From assembly GCA_963720755.1 (NCBI GenBank), contig CAVRGP010000015.1, positions 64,001 through 128,000 of the forward strand: DNA of 64,000 nt, in the 5' to 3' direction. This document shows positions 20,025-30,224 of the stretch, piece by piece; position 1 is the stretch's first letter; every line of letters begins with the position of its first letter. The translations under genes were made by a program, and so were the position numbers. This DNA comes from an uncultured Chloroflexia bacterium. GTDB lineage: Bacteria; Chloroflexota; Limnocylindria; Limnocylindrales; CSP1-4. The notes beneath the pieces were generated by a model. It saw only the letters and a list, made by a program, of their open reading frames with translations. It had not been told where the DNA came from and ran no database searches.

Positions 20025-20549
20025 GTGACCGAATCGACACCGACCGAACCCACGCCCGAGCCGGCCGCCCCGACGCCGGCCCCGCCAGCCTCAGCCCCGG
20101 TGAGCCCCGCGCCGGCGCCTGCGGCCGCACCGCCATCGACGACATGGACACCGCCGGCCTCCGCGAGCGCCGGTCAGGCGGCGGCCCGTCCGACCGGGAT
20201 CACGATCCTGGCCGTTCTCGCGGCCATCGGCGGAGTGTTCGGACTCCTTGCCGGATTCGCCGTCCTGTTCGTCGGGACCGTGTTGTTCGGTGCGCTCGGC
20301 GGACTTCTCGGGATCGCCGCCCTTGCCTATGCAGGGCTGCTGATCGCGTTCGCCTACGGCGCGTGGACCCTCAAGCCGTGGGCGTGGCCCCTCGGCGTTG
20401 CCGTTGCCGCGTTCGGGATCATCCTGTCCGTGGTCTATATCCTCGGCGGATCGAGCATCACCAGCCAGGCGATCGGGATCGTCATCGACGGCGCGATCCT
20501 GTACTACCTCAACCAGCCCGGGATCAAGGCCATCTTCGGCCGCGCCTGA
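20025..20549 (+). CDS. four-TM membrane protein with a Pro/Ala-rich N-terminus
   Basis: 'RPTGITILAVL', four hydrophobic helices, 'YYLNQP.IKA.F'; GGAGG RBS. Confidence 0.75.
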   Translation: MTESTPTEPTPEPAAPTPAPPASAPVSPAPAPAAAPPSTTWTPPASASAGQAAARPTGITILAVLAAIGGVFGLLAGFAVLFVGTVLFGALGGLLGIAALAYAGLLIAFAYGAWTLKPWAWPLGVAVAAFGIILSVVYILGGSSITSQAIGIVIDGAILYYLNQPGIKAIFGRA

Positions 20550-20579
20550 CGTTCGCGGAGGGGCGCCGCACGGCGCCCC

Positions 20580-21314
20580 TCAGAACGGCGGCCAGGGAAC
20601 GGCCGGCCAATCCGGCGACGGATAGGGGAACCGAGCCGTGGCCAGGAGGGCATCGGCCCGGCGGGTCGTCGCCCGCACCTCGGCCTTCGACAGCAACGTC
20701 CTGAGCGTCTCGCCAAGGTCGGTGTCGAGCGCCGCCCGGATCGCTCGCACGCCCTCCAGCTCAGCGTCATCGAGCGGGCGTCCGCGCCAGGCCCATAGGA
20801 CGGTCCGCAGCTTCGGGACGGGCGAAAAGGTCACTCCATGGTCGACGCCGTAGATGTGCCGGCCGCCATCCACGGGCAGGATGTGGCCGCCTTTGCGGTC
20901 CGTGTTGTTCATGACCGCGTCGAGCACGGCCATCCGTCGCAGCCGGGGATCGTCCTCGACGACCATGGCGACGACATCCACGTCCGTATCCATCTCGACG
21001 TAAGCCTGGACCATCCCCTCACCGAACGGCCCGTCGCGGAGCACGGTGGGTGGGACGATCGACCAGCCACTCGCCTCCGAGACGTGCCAGGCGGCCACCT
21101 CGCGATTGGCCAGCGTCCCATCCGGGAAGTCCGCAAGTGGGCGTTCGCCCTGGGTCGGCTTGTAGATCGCGTGCAGGGTGAGGGCCGGTTCGGGGTCCGG
21201 GCAGGGCAGGGTCATCGTGACCAGCATCGCGTTGTTCGACGATCCGACGATCCGACCGATGATGTCGATGTCGCCGTCGCGGAGCACCTCCAGCGTCGGT
21301 CCGCGATCGATCAC
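20580..21314 (-). CDS. SCO1664 family PI3/4-kinase-like protein
   Basis: 'IYKP..GERPL.DFPDGTLA.REVAA', 'NNTDRKGGH', 'DHG.TF', 'KLRTVLW'. Confidence 0.92.
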   Translation of the reverse strand: MIDRGPTLEVLRDGDIDIIGRIVGSSNNAMLVTMTLPCPDPEPALTLHAIYKPTQGERPLADFPDGTLANREVAAWHVSEASGWSIVPPTVLRDGPFGEGMVQAYVEMDTDVDVVAMVVEDDPRLRRMAVLDAVMNNTDRKGGHILPVDGGRHIYGVDHGVTFSPVPKLRTVLWAWRGRPLDDAELEGVRAIRAALDTDLGETLRTLLSKAEVRATTRRADALLATARFPYPSPDWPAVPWPPF

Positions 21315-21326
21315 GGCCGCGATCCG

Positions 21327-21896
21327 TTAGTTGACGTAGTGGCCGTTACGGCGGGGGCAGATGTGCCCCTGCGGATCGAGCGGCGCGCCGCATAGCGGGC
21401 ACGGAGGTCGGCCGGACGCGACGATCCGGGCGGCACGCGCGACGAACGACCGGGCCGCTTCGGCCGAGAGCATGACCCGCAGGAGGTCCGGGCCGTCTTC
21501 GTCCTCGTCGTCGTCCTCGTCCGGGTCGATCGCCTCGCCGTCTTCCGATTGGGCGCGCGCTTCGACGAGGACGCGTTCCGCCTCGCCATCCCAGCCGAGC
21601 GTCAGAGAGCCGGCCCGGAACGCCTCGTTGAGGGGCTCGTCGAGGGGGCCCTGGTCGTCGGTTGGGGTCGAGCCCTCGTCATCGGGCGCAGCGGCGACAC
21701 CGCGTCGGCCAAGCTCCGAGAGGAGTTCCGACAGTCGCTCGGCGAGCACCGCGACCTGGACCTTTTCGAGGACGATGCTGACGACCCGGGCGCCGTCCCG
21801 GGCCTGCAGGAAGAAGGTGCGGTCACCGGGCTGGCCGACCGTGCCGGCCACGAACCGCTCTGGAGGGTCGAACAGATAGCGACGTCGAGGCATCAT
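21327..21896 (-). CDS. DUF3090 family protein
   Basis: 'RFVAGTVGQPG.RTFFLQA', 'LEK.QV', C-terminal 'GRPPCPLC..P....GHICPR.NGH'. Confidence 0.92.
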   Translation of the reverse strand: MMPRRRYLFDPPERFVAGTVGQPGDRTFFLQARDGARVVSIVLEKVQVAVLAERLSELLSELGRRGVAAAPDDEGSTPTDDQGPLDEPLNEAFRAGSLTLGWDGEAERVLVEARAQSEDGEAIDPDEDDDEDEDGPDLLRVMLSAEAARSFVARAARIVASGRPPCPLCGAPLDPQGHICPRRNGHYVN

Positions 21897-21945
21897 CTGA
21901 CTCTATCCGTTTCGTCTCGAAGCCGCCACGAAGGTGCGCCGAGGC

Positions 21946-23523
21946 TCAGCTGACGCTCACCGTGACGGTATCCCAGCCTCGCGCCCCGTCGGGTGCGGGT
22001 CGCGACGGTGTCTCCTCCTGGAGCGCGCCGGTGCCATCGGTCGCCCGGACGGTGATGATGTGGTCTCCGGGCGTCGCTGCCCAATCGAGGACCCACTGGA
22101 CCCAGGTCTGGTCGGAGATCGGAGTGGACATCCGGGCGTCCTGCCAGACACCGTCGACGGCGACCTCCACCCTGGATACGCCTCGATCGGGGGCCCAGGC
22201 GATCCCGGCGATGGCGACCTGGCCGGCCATCACCCCGTTCTTGGGCGTGTCGATCCGGGATTGGGTCAGGATCGGCGCCTCCTTGGCCCAGCCGAGCGGG
22301 ACCCAGTAGCCGTTGAACGCCTCGAGGGTCGTCAACTCGAGTTCGCTGAGCCACTTCGTCGCCGAGACGTAACCGTACAGGCCGGGCACGATCAGCCGCG
22401 CCGGGTAGCCGTGGTTCGGTGGGAGTGGCTCGTCGTTCATCTTCAGGGCGATCATCGGTTCGCGGGCCGGATCCATCACCCAGGCCGTGGGCATCCCGGC
22501 GGTGAAACCATCGACCGAACGCCCGACGAGCTGGGTCGCGCTGCTCTGAACCCCGGCCATCGCCAGCACCTCGCGCAATCGGACACCGGTCCACTTGGCG
22601 TTCCCGACGAGTCGGCCGCCGACCTCGTTGCTGACGCACGCGATCGTCGTGTATTGCTCGAACATCGGCAGGCTGACCAGCTCGGCCCAGGTGAGTGTCG
22701 TCTCACGATCGACCATCCCGTGGATCCGCAGGGTCCAACCATCCGTGCTCACACTCGGCGTCAGCAGAGCGGTATCGATCCGGTAGAAACGGTCATTGGG
22801 CATGACGATCGGGGTCAAGCCCGCCACGGCGGGCGACAGGTCCTGCGCGGCCGTCAGGGCGGGCGCGATGTCCGAGGCCGGCGGGATGGCCGGTCCGCTC
22901 CCGGCCGGGGCCACGAGTTGGCGTTCGAGGAGCCGGCGTCCGGCGACACCGATCGCCACGGACCCGACCCCGACAGAGGCGGCCCGGATGAGGAACGAGC
23001 GGCGTGACCAGTCCGGCATCTGCGCGACGGGAGCATCCGATGCGATGCGATGCGGCAGCAGCCAACCCAGGATCCACAGGCCGACGCCGACCGCGACCGC
23101 GGATGCGGCCGCCATGATCGCCGGATCGGCGAGGGGATCACCGAGCGCGGCCCCGAACCCGACCACGCCGAACGCGATGAAGATGCCGACGGCGATCGGG
23201 TATCGACGTCGGGCGATGAGGCCGAGCGCCGCTCCGATGACGAGTCCGACAGCGACGACGAACAGTTCCAGGGCCAGCTTGTCGTTCGTCCCGAAGAGCG
23301 AGACCACGACGTCCTTGGCGCCCGGCGGTTGGAGATCGATCGCGATCTGGCCGACCGATGCGACGAGCGATGTCGCCCCCGGCAGTAGTCCGGCCAGCAG
23401 TTCCGAGATACCCAGCGCGGCGGCCACGGCGACGATGCCGGCGATGGCTGCCTGGGCGTCCGGGCGAAGCGACGCGGGTGCCGGGATCGAGGCGGAGCGT
23501 GATGTCTGTGCGGTCGTGCTCAC
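21946..23523 (-). CDS. membrane-bound molybdopterin oxidoreductase (sulfite oxidase family)
   Basis: N-terminal TMs, 'FYRIDTAL', Mo-ligand Cys in 'CVSNEVGG', 'HGYPARLIVPGLYGYVSATKW'. Confidence 0.9.
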   Translation of the reverse strand: MSTTAQTSRSASIPAPASLRPDAQAAIAGIVAVAAALGISELLAGLLPGATSLVASVGQIAIDLQPPGAKDVVVSLFGTNDKLALELFVVAVGLVIGAALGLIARRRYPIAVGIFIAFGVVGFGAALGDPLADPAIMAAASAVAVGVGLWILGWLLPHRIASDAPVAQMPDWSRRSFLIRAASVGVGSVAIGVAGRRLLERQLVAPAGSGPAIPPASDIAPALTAAQDLSPAVAGLTPIVMPNDRFYRIDTALLTPSVSTDGWTLRIHGMVDRETTLTWAELVSLPMFEQYTTIACVSNEVGGRLVGNAKWTGVRLREVLAMAGVQSSATQLVGRSVDGFTAGMPTAWVMDPAREPMIALKMNDEPLPPNHGYPARLIVPGLYGYVSATKWLSELELTTLEAFNGYWVPLGWAKEAPILTQSRIDTPKNGVMAGQVAIAGIAWAPDRGVSRVEVAVDGVWQDARMSTPISDQTWVQWVLDWAATPGDHIITVRATDGTGALQEETPSRPAPDGARGWDTVTVSVS

Positions 23524-23530
23524 CGGGACA

Positions 23531-24343
23531 TCATCGTCGGTCGATGTGACGTTCTGGTGTCGGCGCCCTGGCCCATCGCCGATCGCCATCCACGCCGACC
23601 GTGATGGGCATGCCGAAGGCGCTGCTGAGCACGTCGCTCCGGATGGTGTCGTCGAGAGGCCCCGCAGCGACCGCGGTGCCACCGGCAAGCACGAGGGCGT
23701 GGCCGAAGCCCGACGGGATCTCCTCCACGTGATGCGAGACGAGGACGATCGCCGCCGGGCGGGCCGCAGAGGCGAGTTCTGCCAGGTCGGCGATGAGCGT
23801 TTCGCGGGCCCCGAGGTCCAGGTTGGCGGCCGGCTCGTCGAGCAGGAGCAGGTCCGGGTCCGGCATGAGCGCCCGGGCGATCGAGGTCCGCCGCCGCTCT
23901 CCCGCCGACAGGCTGCCGTACGGATGATCGGCGATCCCCTCCAGCCCGAAGCGTGCGAGGAGCATGCGTGCCCGTGCCTCGTCCTCCTCTGTGTAGACGT
24001 GCCACCACGGTTCGGTGGCCGCATGGCGGGCGGTCATCACCAGGGTCAACGGGCTGAGGTCGGCCCGAAAGAGACCTTCGACGGCGCTCCCGGCGGCCCC
24101 GATCCGCCGGCGATGCGCACGCGCATCCACCCGGCCGTAGCGTTCTCCCAGCACGTCGACGGTCCCAGAGGTCGGCCACAGGTCGAGGCCGATCACCGAC
24201 AACAGGGTCGTCTTGCCGGACCCGTTCGGTCCGATGACGACCCACCGCTCGCCGGTTTCGATGGTCCAGTCGAGTGGCCCCAGGATGGTCTGGCCCGAGC
24301 GCCGCACCCGAAGTCCGCGGACTTCGACGACCGGGCGGGTCAT
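23531..24343 (-). CDS. ABC ATP-binding protein (ModF/YlmA-like) without an adjacent permease
   Basis: 'GPNGSGKTT', 'LSAGE', 'LLDEP', 'VSHHVEEI'. Confidence 0.88.
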   Translation of the reverse strand: MTRPVVEVRGLRVRRSGQTILGPLDWTIETGERWVVIGPNGSGKTTLLSVIGLDLWPTSGTVDVLGERYGRVDARAHRRRIGAAGSAVEGLFRADLSPLTLVMTARHAATEPWWHVYTEEDEARARMLLARFGLEGIADHPYGSLSAGERRRTSIARALMPDPDLLLLDEPAANLDLGARETLIADLAELASAARPAAIVLVSHHVEEIPSGFGHALVLAGGTAVAAGPLDDTIRSDVLSSAFGMPITVGVDGDRRWARAPTPERHIDRR

Positions 24344-27117
24344 GGGGCCGGTGGCACCGGTGGCGTGGGCGTGGGCGTGGGCGACGGGGTCGGGCTCGGG
24401 GTCGGCGTCGGTTTCGGGGTCGGCGTCGGGGTCGGTGGTGGCAGGCTGGGTGGCTCGGACGGGACGTCCGAGGGCGACGGACTCGGGGTGTCGGCCGGCG
24501 TGGGCGTCGGGCAGGGCAGTGGCGCCGGACCGGATCCCGACGGGGACGGGATCGCGAAGGACGGGATCACGCCACTCGGATCCGGCGTCGGCAGCAGGTA
24601 GCACGTCGGTGATGGCTGCGGACCGCAACGGCCGCCGACCAACGCTCCCCAGGATGCGCCGTACGGCTGGTAGCCGCCGTTGTAGAAGTACGCGGTGCGG
24701 GTCCGGCTCGGCCCGCCAAGGGTCCCCGGGCCTCGCTCCGCACGACGCAGCCAGTCGGCGTCGGCGGTCATCCAGGAAGGGAACCCGGTCTCGACCTGGA
24801 CGCGCACGACCACGTCGATCCCGCAGGTCTCGGGGGCGAGCGGCGTGGTCGGCTGCGTGCCCACGATGTACCACTCGTTGACCGTGTTGCTGCCACTGGA
24901 CGGCAGCCCGGTCCATGGATCGATCCTGACCCTGGTGAGACCATCGGATGGCGGCTTGAAATCGGTGATCGGCCAGCTCGCCGTGGCCTCGTTCAGGAAC
25001 CCCTGCCAGACATAGGTGGAGACATCGATGGAGAACAGCGGTTGGCTCGACGTCGAGACCGGGGTGTTGTCCGAATTGCCATTCCAGACACCGACCGCGA
25101 GGGCATAGGCGCCTGCGGCCCGGCCCTTGTTCGTCGGGGCCGCGATGTATCCGTACGCGTTGAGGTCCTTGGTGTCGTTGTTGGTGCCGGTCTTGAGGGT
25201 CGCCGGCCGTCGGCCATCTGGCGACCGGATCGCGAACTTGCCCCAGTAGGGGTTGACCCTCGGGTTCGTGTTGCCGGCGAGGATGTCGGTCACGATGTAG
25301 GCGGCCTGCGGGCTGACCGCCGGCGTTCCGGCGGGTGGGACATACGGCGCGACGACGTCGGCGCCCTTGGTGTCCGTGACCGTCAGGATGGTCGTGTGGG
25401 GGATCTCCTGACCGCTGTTTGCCAGCGTGCCGTACGCGGTGACGAGGTCGACGGGACGGACCTCCTGGACGCCAAGGGCGAGCGCGAGTTCCGCGGTTCG
25501 CTGGCCCTGGAAGACCATCCCGAAGTCCTGGGCCTTGGCGAAGGCATGGGCGGGTCCGTTGATCGCCATCGCCTTGACCGATGGGATGTTGAGCGAGAAC
25601 TGGAGGGCGTTCCGGACGCGGACCGGGCCTCGTTCAAGCCGATCGGCGTCATTCGGGGTAAAGCCCTTGCCGAAATCCGTGCCGACGTCCATCAGCATCG
25701 TCCCGGCCGTCAGGGATTTGTCGTTGATGGCGATCGCGTAGTTGAACGGCTTGAATGCCGAGCCGGGTTGGCGGAAGCCTTTCCCGATGACGTCGTACTG
25801 AGGCTGGAACTTGTCCTTGGTCGAGGTCGCGTAGTAGTTGGCGCTCCCGACATAGGCGACGAGTTCGCCGGTCTGGTAATCGAGCGCGACCAGGGCGCTG
25901 TTGCGCAGGTCCTTGTTGCGCAGGTTCTGCATCCACGGCTCGAGCTTCGAAAACCCGAGCGCCTTGGCCGCAGCCGTGGGGTTCTTGGCATGGGGCACGA
26001 TGGCCGCGGCCTTGACCCACTTCTCGGCGATCTTCTGAAGCCCGACATCGAGCGTCGTGGTCACCCGCAGGCCACCCAGCTGGAGAGCGTCACAGGTCGG
26101 GGTATCCGGGCCACATAGCTTGGTCGCGAGCTCGTCTCGGACCGCCCACACGAAGTGCGGCGCGATCCAGCGCGTGGCCGACTGCCCCGCCAGGACGACC
26201 GGGTCGCTCTGCGCGGCGATGAATTCGGCGGGCGAATACTGGGTCCCGGACATCGGCGTCCGGCCATCGGCCAGGAGTCCCAGGATGAGATCGCGGCGCT
26301 GGACCACGGCCGAGTCCGGCTGGACGACGAGTTCTGATACGGGGCAATCCTCACCGTCGGCGACGACCGTGGTGCATGTTTCCTTGGCATTGCGCACGAG
26401 GTCGTAGTTGGATGGCGACTTGGGCAGTCCGGCGATGATCGCGGCCTGGGCGGGGTCGATATCGGCCAGGTCGATCCCGAAGTAGGACTGGACCGCGGCC
26501 TTCACGCCGTAGCTCTGGTTGCCGTAGTAGTTCTGGTTGAGATACGCGGTGATGATCTCCTGCTTGCCCTGCACACCGGGGAAGGCGGCCGTCACCCGGA
26601 CCGACTGGATGATCTCCTTGAGTTTGCGCTCGAGGTTCCGGCTGGGATCCTGGACGAGTGCCGGATCGAGCAGGCGGGCTCGCACCAGTTGCTGGGTGAT
26701 CGTCGACGCACCGCGGCTGTCGCCACGCAGGGAGTCGAGCGCTGCCGAGACGATCGCGACGGGATCGAAGCCGGCGTTCTCCCAGAAGGTCTTGTCCTCG
26801 ACCGCCGTCGTGGCGTCGAGCAGGATCTTGGGGATCTCGTCGAACGTGACGACCTCGCGCTGGGCGTCGCCGAAGCGAGCCAGCTCGACCTTCCCGGTCC
26901 GGTCGTAGATGACCGTCTCCTGGGGCAGGACGTACTTGGTCAGAGTGGTCGGGTCGGCGAGGCCGGACGCCAGCGAGTTGTAGGCGCCGACCGCCGCAAT
27001 GGCTGCGATGGCGCCGACGCCCGCCATGAACAGGAACAGGATGACCGCGATCCAGCCGAGGGTCGTCGGTTTCGTTCGGCGGGGCCGTCGGCGAGTGGCC
27101 TGGTGGGTTGCGGTCAT
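24340..27117 (-). CDS. class A penicillin-binding protein (transglycosylase/transpeptidase)
   Basis: GT51 'AVEDKTF', 'GASTITQQL', 'RKLKE'; transpeptidase SxxK 'SAFK', SxN 'SLN', 'KTGT'; Pro/Thr tail. Confidence 0.95.
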   Translation of the reverse strand: MTATHQATRRRPRRTKPTTLGWIAVILFLFMAGVGAIAAIAAVGAYNSLASGLADPTTLTKYVLPQETVIYDRTGKVELARFGDAQREVVTFDEIPKILLDATTAVEDKTFWENAGFDPVAIVSAALDSLRGDSRGASTITQQLVRARLLDPALVQDPSRNLERKLKEIIQSVRVTAAFPGVQGKQEIITAYLNQNYYGNQSYGVKAAVQSYFGIDLADIDPAQAAIIAGLPKSPSNYDLVRNAKETCTTVVADGEDCPVSELVVQPDSAVVQRRDLILGLLADGRTPMSGTQYSPAEFIAAQSDPVVLAGQSATRWIAPHFVWAVRDELATKLCGPDTPTCDALQLGGLRVTTTLDVGLQKIAEKWVKAAAIVPHAKNPTAAAKALGFSKLEPWMQNLRNKDLRNSALVALDYQTGELVAYVGSANYYATSTKDKFQPQYDVIGKGFRQPGSAFKPFNYAIAINDKSLTAGTMLMDVGTDFGKGFTPNDADRLERGPVRVRNALQFSLNIPSVKAMAINGPAHAFAKAQDFGMVFQGQRTAELALALGVQEVRPVDLVTAYGTLANSGQEIPHTTILTVTDTKGADVVAPYVPPAGTPAVSPQAAYIVTDILAGNTNPRVNPYWGKFAIRSPDGRRPATLKTGTNNDTKDLNAYGYIAAPTNKGRAAGAYALAVGVWNGNSDNTPVSTSSQPLFSIDVSTYVWQGFLNEATASWPITDFKPPSDGLTRVRIDPWTGLPSSGSNTVNEWYIVGTQPTTPLAPETCGIDVVVRVQVETGFPSWMTADADWLRRAERGPGTLGGPSRTRTAYFYNGGYQPYGASWGALVGGRCGPQPSPTCYLLPTPDPSGVIPSFAIPSPSGSGPAPLPCPTPTPADTPSPSPSDVPSEPPSLPPPTPTPTPKPTPTPSPTPSPTPTPTPPVPPAP
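24355..24520 (-). repeat. low-complexity (Pro-Thr/Ser)n coding repeat at the PBP C-terminus
   Basis: Degenerate hexamer repeats encoding [17 protein letters not shown]. Confidence 0.7.
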
Positions 27118-27267
27118 GGACGCGATGAGACTCCGCTAGGTGGCGTAAGGATGACGTACTCGCACCAGATCGCGTCCGAAGGGCGGCGGACGCGACGGAT
27201 CAGTGGCGGAACGGCCAGATCGGAGACGCTCGACCGACCCGCGATGTGTCGGCCCTGGTCAAGGGGT

Positions 27268-28263
27268 TCACCGGATGGTGTCCGTGGCGGTTCGATCGAC
27301 TGCCGAACGGAGGATCGCCGCCAGGTCCGCCCGATCGGGGAGGCTCGTCTGATCGCCGACAGCCGACGCCACCGCCGCCCCGCAGGCGTTGCCCATCTCG
27401 AGCGACATCGCGATGTCCGTCCCGTCCAGCTGGCCGGCGATGAAGCCGGCGCAGAAGGCGTCGCCGGCCCCGACCGGATCGACGACGATCGGGATCGGCA
27501 CGCCGGTCCGCGCCACCGGACCGCCACCATCGCGGACGAGCGCGAGCGAACCGCCAGGCCCGAGCTTCGCGATGGCGATGCGCGGTCCGAGACCCGTCGC
27601 GGCGACCAGCAGCTGTTCGGGTTCCTCGCCGGCGCCACAACCCGGTCACCACGGCCAGCTCGTCCGGCGCTCCCGAAGAGGACGTCTGACCCTGGCCGTG
27701 AGCGCTCGCAGGACCGGAGCGGCCGTTTCCTCCGACCATAGCCGGCGTCTCAGGTTCAGGTCGAGACTCACGGTGAGTCCCGCCGCCCGGGCGATCTCGA
27801 CCGCTCGATCCGTCGCCGCCCGACAGCGCTCCGAGAGGGCGGGTGTGATCCCGGTCAGGTGGAGCCAGCGAGCACCGTCGAACAACCCATCGGAGACCGC
27901 CCGATCCACATCGGTCGGATCCAACCGTGAACCTGCGGATCCCCGGCGTGCGTACACGACCTTGGCCCCACCGATCACGCCCCGCTCGCGGAACATGAGC
28001 CCGGTCGGCGCCGCGGGATCGACGGCGAGGGCACGAACATCGACCTTCTCGCCTCGCAGGCGTCGGACGATCGCATCGCCGAACCCGTCCTGACCCACGC
28101 GACCGACGAAGCCGACCGAGTGGCCCAGCCGGGCGAGGCCGACGGCGACGTTGGCTTCGGCGCCGGCGACGAAGCGATCGAACGATGGAACGTCGGCCAT
28201 CGGGCCGGGCGTCGAGGCGACGAAGGCGACCAGGCACTCGCCGATGGTCACGACGTCGGTCAC
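27268..28263 (-). CDS. PfkB family sugar kinase (KdgK-like), interrupted by three single-base insertions
   Basis: 'AGAEANVAVGLARLG', 'VG.DGFG', 'DLNLR..LW', 'DPVGAGDAF.AG'; three extra bases at about 27627-27690 create a TGA but return to the same frame. Confidence 0.88.
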
Positions 28264-28327
28264 CGCGAGGTACCAACGCGTGCCGAGGCCACTGCGTCGA
28301 CGGCTGTGTACCCCCGACCGCCGGCAG

Positions 28328-28522
28328 TCAACGCCGGGTCACGGCCATGAATACGCGCCTGATCGATCGGGCCGCGAGGACCACGACTAGCCCGAGGACG
28401 ATCGCGCCCGGGCCGTGCGGAAGTCCGTTTCCCGTCTCGTACAGTCCGAGCCGCTCGAGGAAGCTACCCGCTCCTTCTGATCGCTCGCTTTCGCCCGGGT
28501 CCCGGGTCGGCTTGCGGGCCAT
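28328..28522 (-). CDS. small single-TM protein (64 aa) coupled to the Crp gene
   Basis: TGATG overlap with the Crp stop; hydrophobic 'AIVLGLVVVLAA' segment followed by basic residues. Confidence 0.55.
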   Translation of the reverse strand: MARKPTRDPGESERSEGAGSFLERLGLYETGNGLPHGPGAIVLGLVVVLAARSIRRVFMAVTRR

Positions 28523-29223
28523 CAGCGGTGGCTCCGTTCCTGCCAGCGCCCGACCTGGGCGGCAACGCGGCCGACATCGAGGATCTCGATCGAACCAGCT
28601 GTCGTGGCGACCAGGCCCTCGTCGCGGAAGGCGTGAAGGATCCGTGCGACCACCTCGCGGACCGTGCCGACGCTATCCGCGAGCTTCTGCTGGGTGATCC
28701 TGACGATGACCCGCCCGGACGCCGGGTCAGGATGGGCCAGGTCCAGGAGGTGGCCCGCCACCCGCTCCCGCATGGAGCCGAAGGTGCTCGATGCCAGGGT
28801 GGCGTACAGGTCCTCGAGGCGCTGGCTCAGGACGGACATGACGACGAGGCTGGCGGCAGGGTCCGACTCGATGATCCGAAGCATGAGCTTCGCATCGAAC
28901 TCGAGGACCCGACAGTCGGTCACGGCCGCGATCCCGAGTGGGGCCCGATCGCCGGCGATCGGATAGACATTGCCGATGGTTCCTCCAGGTCGAATATAGC
29001 GGACCGTCATCTGACGACCGTCGGCCGCGCCGAGGTAGGCCCGGGCGATCCCATCGACGATCATCCCGGTCCTCGTCCAGTTCGCTCCCGGCGGAAAGAT
29101 CGTCTCGTCCGCACGGGCGGTCCATTCGGTCGCTTCGGCCTGGATCCGTTCACGAACGAACGGTCCCAATCGGTCGAGGAACGAGGCATCGCCCGCGACG
29201 ACACCGCTCGCTGGGTCGGGCAC
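28522..29223 (-). CDS. Crp/Fnr family transcriptional regulator
   Basis: cNMP-binding-like barrel ('G...DGRQ.T......G') and HTH 'ITQQKLADSVGTVREVVARIL'. Confidence 0.92.
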   Translation of the reverse strand: MPDPASGVVAGDASFLDRLGPFVRERIQAEATEWTARADETIFPPGANWTRTGMIVDGIARAYLGAADGRQMTVRYIRPGGTIGNVYPIAGDRAPLGIAAVTDCRVLEFDAKLMLRIIESDPAASLVVMSVLSQRLEDLYATLASSTFGSMRERVAGHLLDLAHPDPASGRVIVRITQQKLADSVGTVREVVARILHAFRDEGLVATTAGSIEILDVGRVAAQVGRWQERSHR

Positions 29224-29264
29224 GACAACTCCAGTCCGTCAGCCGGGTTGGGGACGCCGGCCCG

Positions 29265-29280
29265 TGTGACTTGGGTCACG
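29265..29280. promoter_or_regulatory. CRP-type binding site
   Basis: TGTGA-CTTGGG-TCACG between the divergent crp gene and the secreted-protein operon. Confidence 0.75.
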
Positions 29281-29397
29281 GACCACCGTTGCCGTGACGC
29301 ACCCCGAACGTCGGATAGCGCGGCGAGGCTACACCGCCTTTCATCAGGACACAACCAGATCCAAGCAGCCAAGCAGAGATATGGAGTCACACCGACC

Positions 29398-29787
29398 ATG
29401 AAGCGAGCCCTCATCGCGGCGATTGCCGCGCTCTTCACCTTCGGCGGCGCCTACGGCCTTGCCGCCAGCCTCAACCTCACGACCGACGGTCTCGGGGCGG
29501 CGAGCGGCGTGGTCGCCGCCTGTCAGGCCGGACCGCTCACCGCGACGTACACGTCGGCCTATTCGGCTGGGACGCCCGGATATACGGTCGCGACCGTCAC
29601 GGTGACCGGGCTGACCTCCACCTGCTACTCGAAGGCGTACCGGATCACCCTGACGGGCGCCGGCAATGCCTCGCTCGGGGAGGCCAATGGGACGACTCCC
29701 GCGACCGGTGCGAGCTTCGCGGCGACGTTCTCGCCAGCGGTCAGTGCGGCGACGATCACCGGCGTGTCGGTCGTCATCAGCGGCTGA
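29398..29787 (+). CDS. small secreted two-Cys protein, candidate major fibre/pilin subunit
   Basis: Signal peptide MKRALIAAIAALFTFGGAYGLA, then 'ASLNL..DGLGAAS..VAAC'; Ser/Thr/Ala/Gly-rich beta pattern; strong codon bias; GGAG RBS. Confidence 0.8.
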   Translation: MKRALIAAIAALFTFGGAYGLAASLNLTTDGLGAASGVVAACQAGPLTATYTSAYSAGTPGYTVATVTVTGLTSTCYSKAYRITLTGAGNASLGEANGTTPATGASFAATFSPAVSAATITGVSVVISG

Positions 29788-29855
29788 GCGGGCTGAGGGT
29801 CGCGCCGGCGGCGAATGCCGTCGGCGCGACCCTCGTGCTGCGAGGCCACCCACGC

Positions 29856-30224
29856 ATGCGCCGACATCTGATCGCGGCCGCGGTTCTCGCCGTTTCCAGC
29901 GGGTACGTCGTGGGGAGTGCGGCGTCCGCCGCGTTGACGGTGCGGACCATCGGGGCGGCATCGGTCGCCACGGCCCGGTGCACGAACGCCGGGCTGACGA
30001 TGGTTCCCACGCTGTCCGGCAGCGCCGTGGCTTCCGTGGCCGTCGGTGGTCTGCCGGCCGCCTGTGGCGGCGCCACGCTGCGGGTGACCGTCAACGACGG
30101 AACGGTCGCCGGAAGTGGATCTGCGACCGTGCCCGCGGCAGGCGGCTCGGTGGCGGTGACGATCGCGAGCAGCCCGGCCCTGAACGCCCACGTGGAGATC
30201 GACGCGGTCCTGGAGGGTCCATGA
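29856..30224 (+). CDS. secreted two-Cys paralogue of 29398..29787, candidate minor subunit
   Basis: 'AASAAL.V..IGAAS.....C' and 'VASVAVGGLPAAC...LRVTV' align with the preceding gene. Confidence 0.75.
   Translation: MRRHLIAAAVLAVSSGYVVGSAASAALTVRTIGAASVATARCTNAGLTMVPTLSGSAVASVAVGGLPAACGGATLRVTVNDGTVAGSGSATVPAAGGSVAVTIASSPALNAHVEIDAVLEGP

Noticed and set aside
24355-24520. Short tandem repeats as CRISPR or VNTR
   Set aside because: Degenerate Pro-Thr codon repeats inside the PBP tail, with no spacers and no cas genes
27627-27690. In-frame TGA in the sugar kinase as selenocysteine or readthrough
   Set aside because: The stop results from three nearby single-base insertions; removing them restores the PfkB-like 'DVLFGS.DEL' segment
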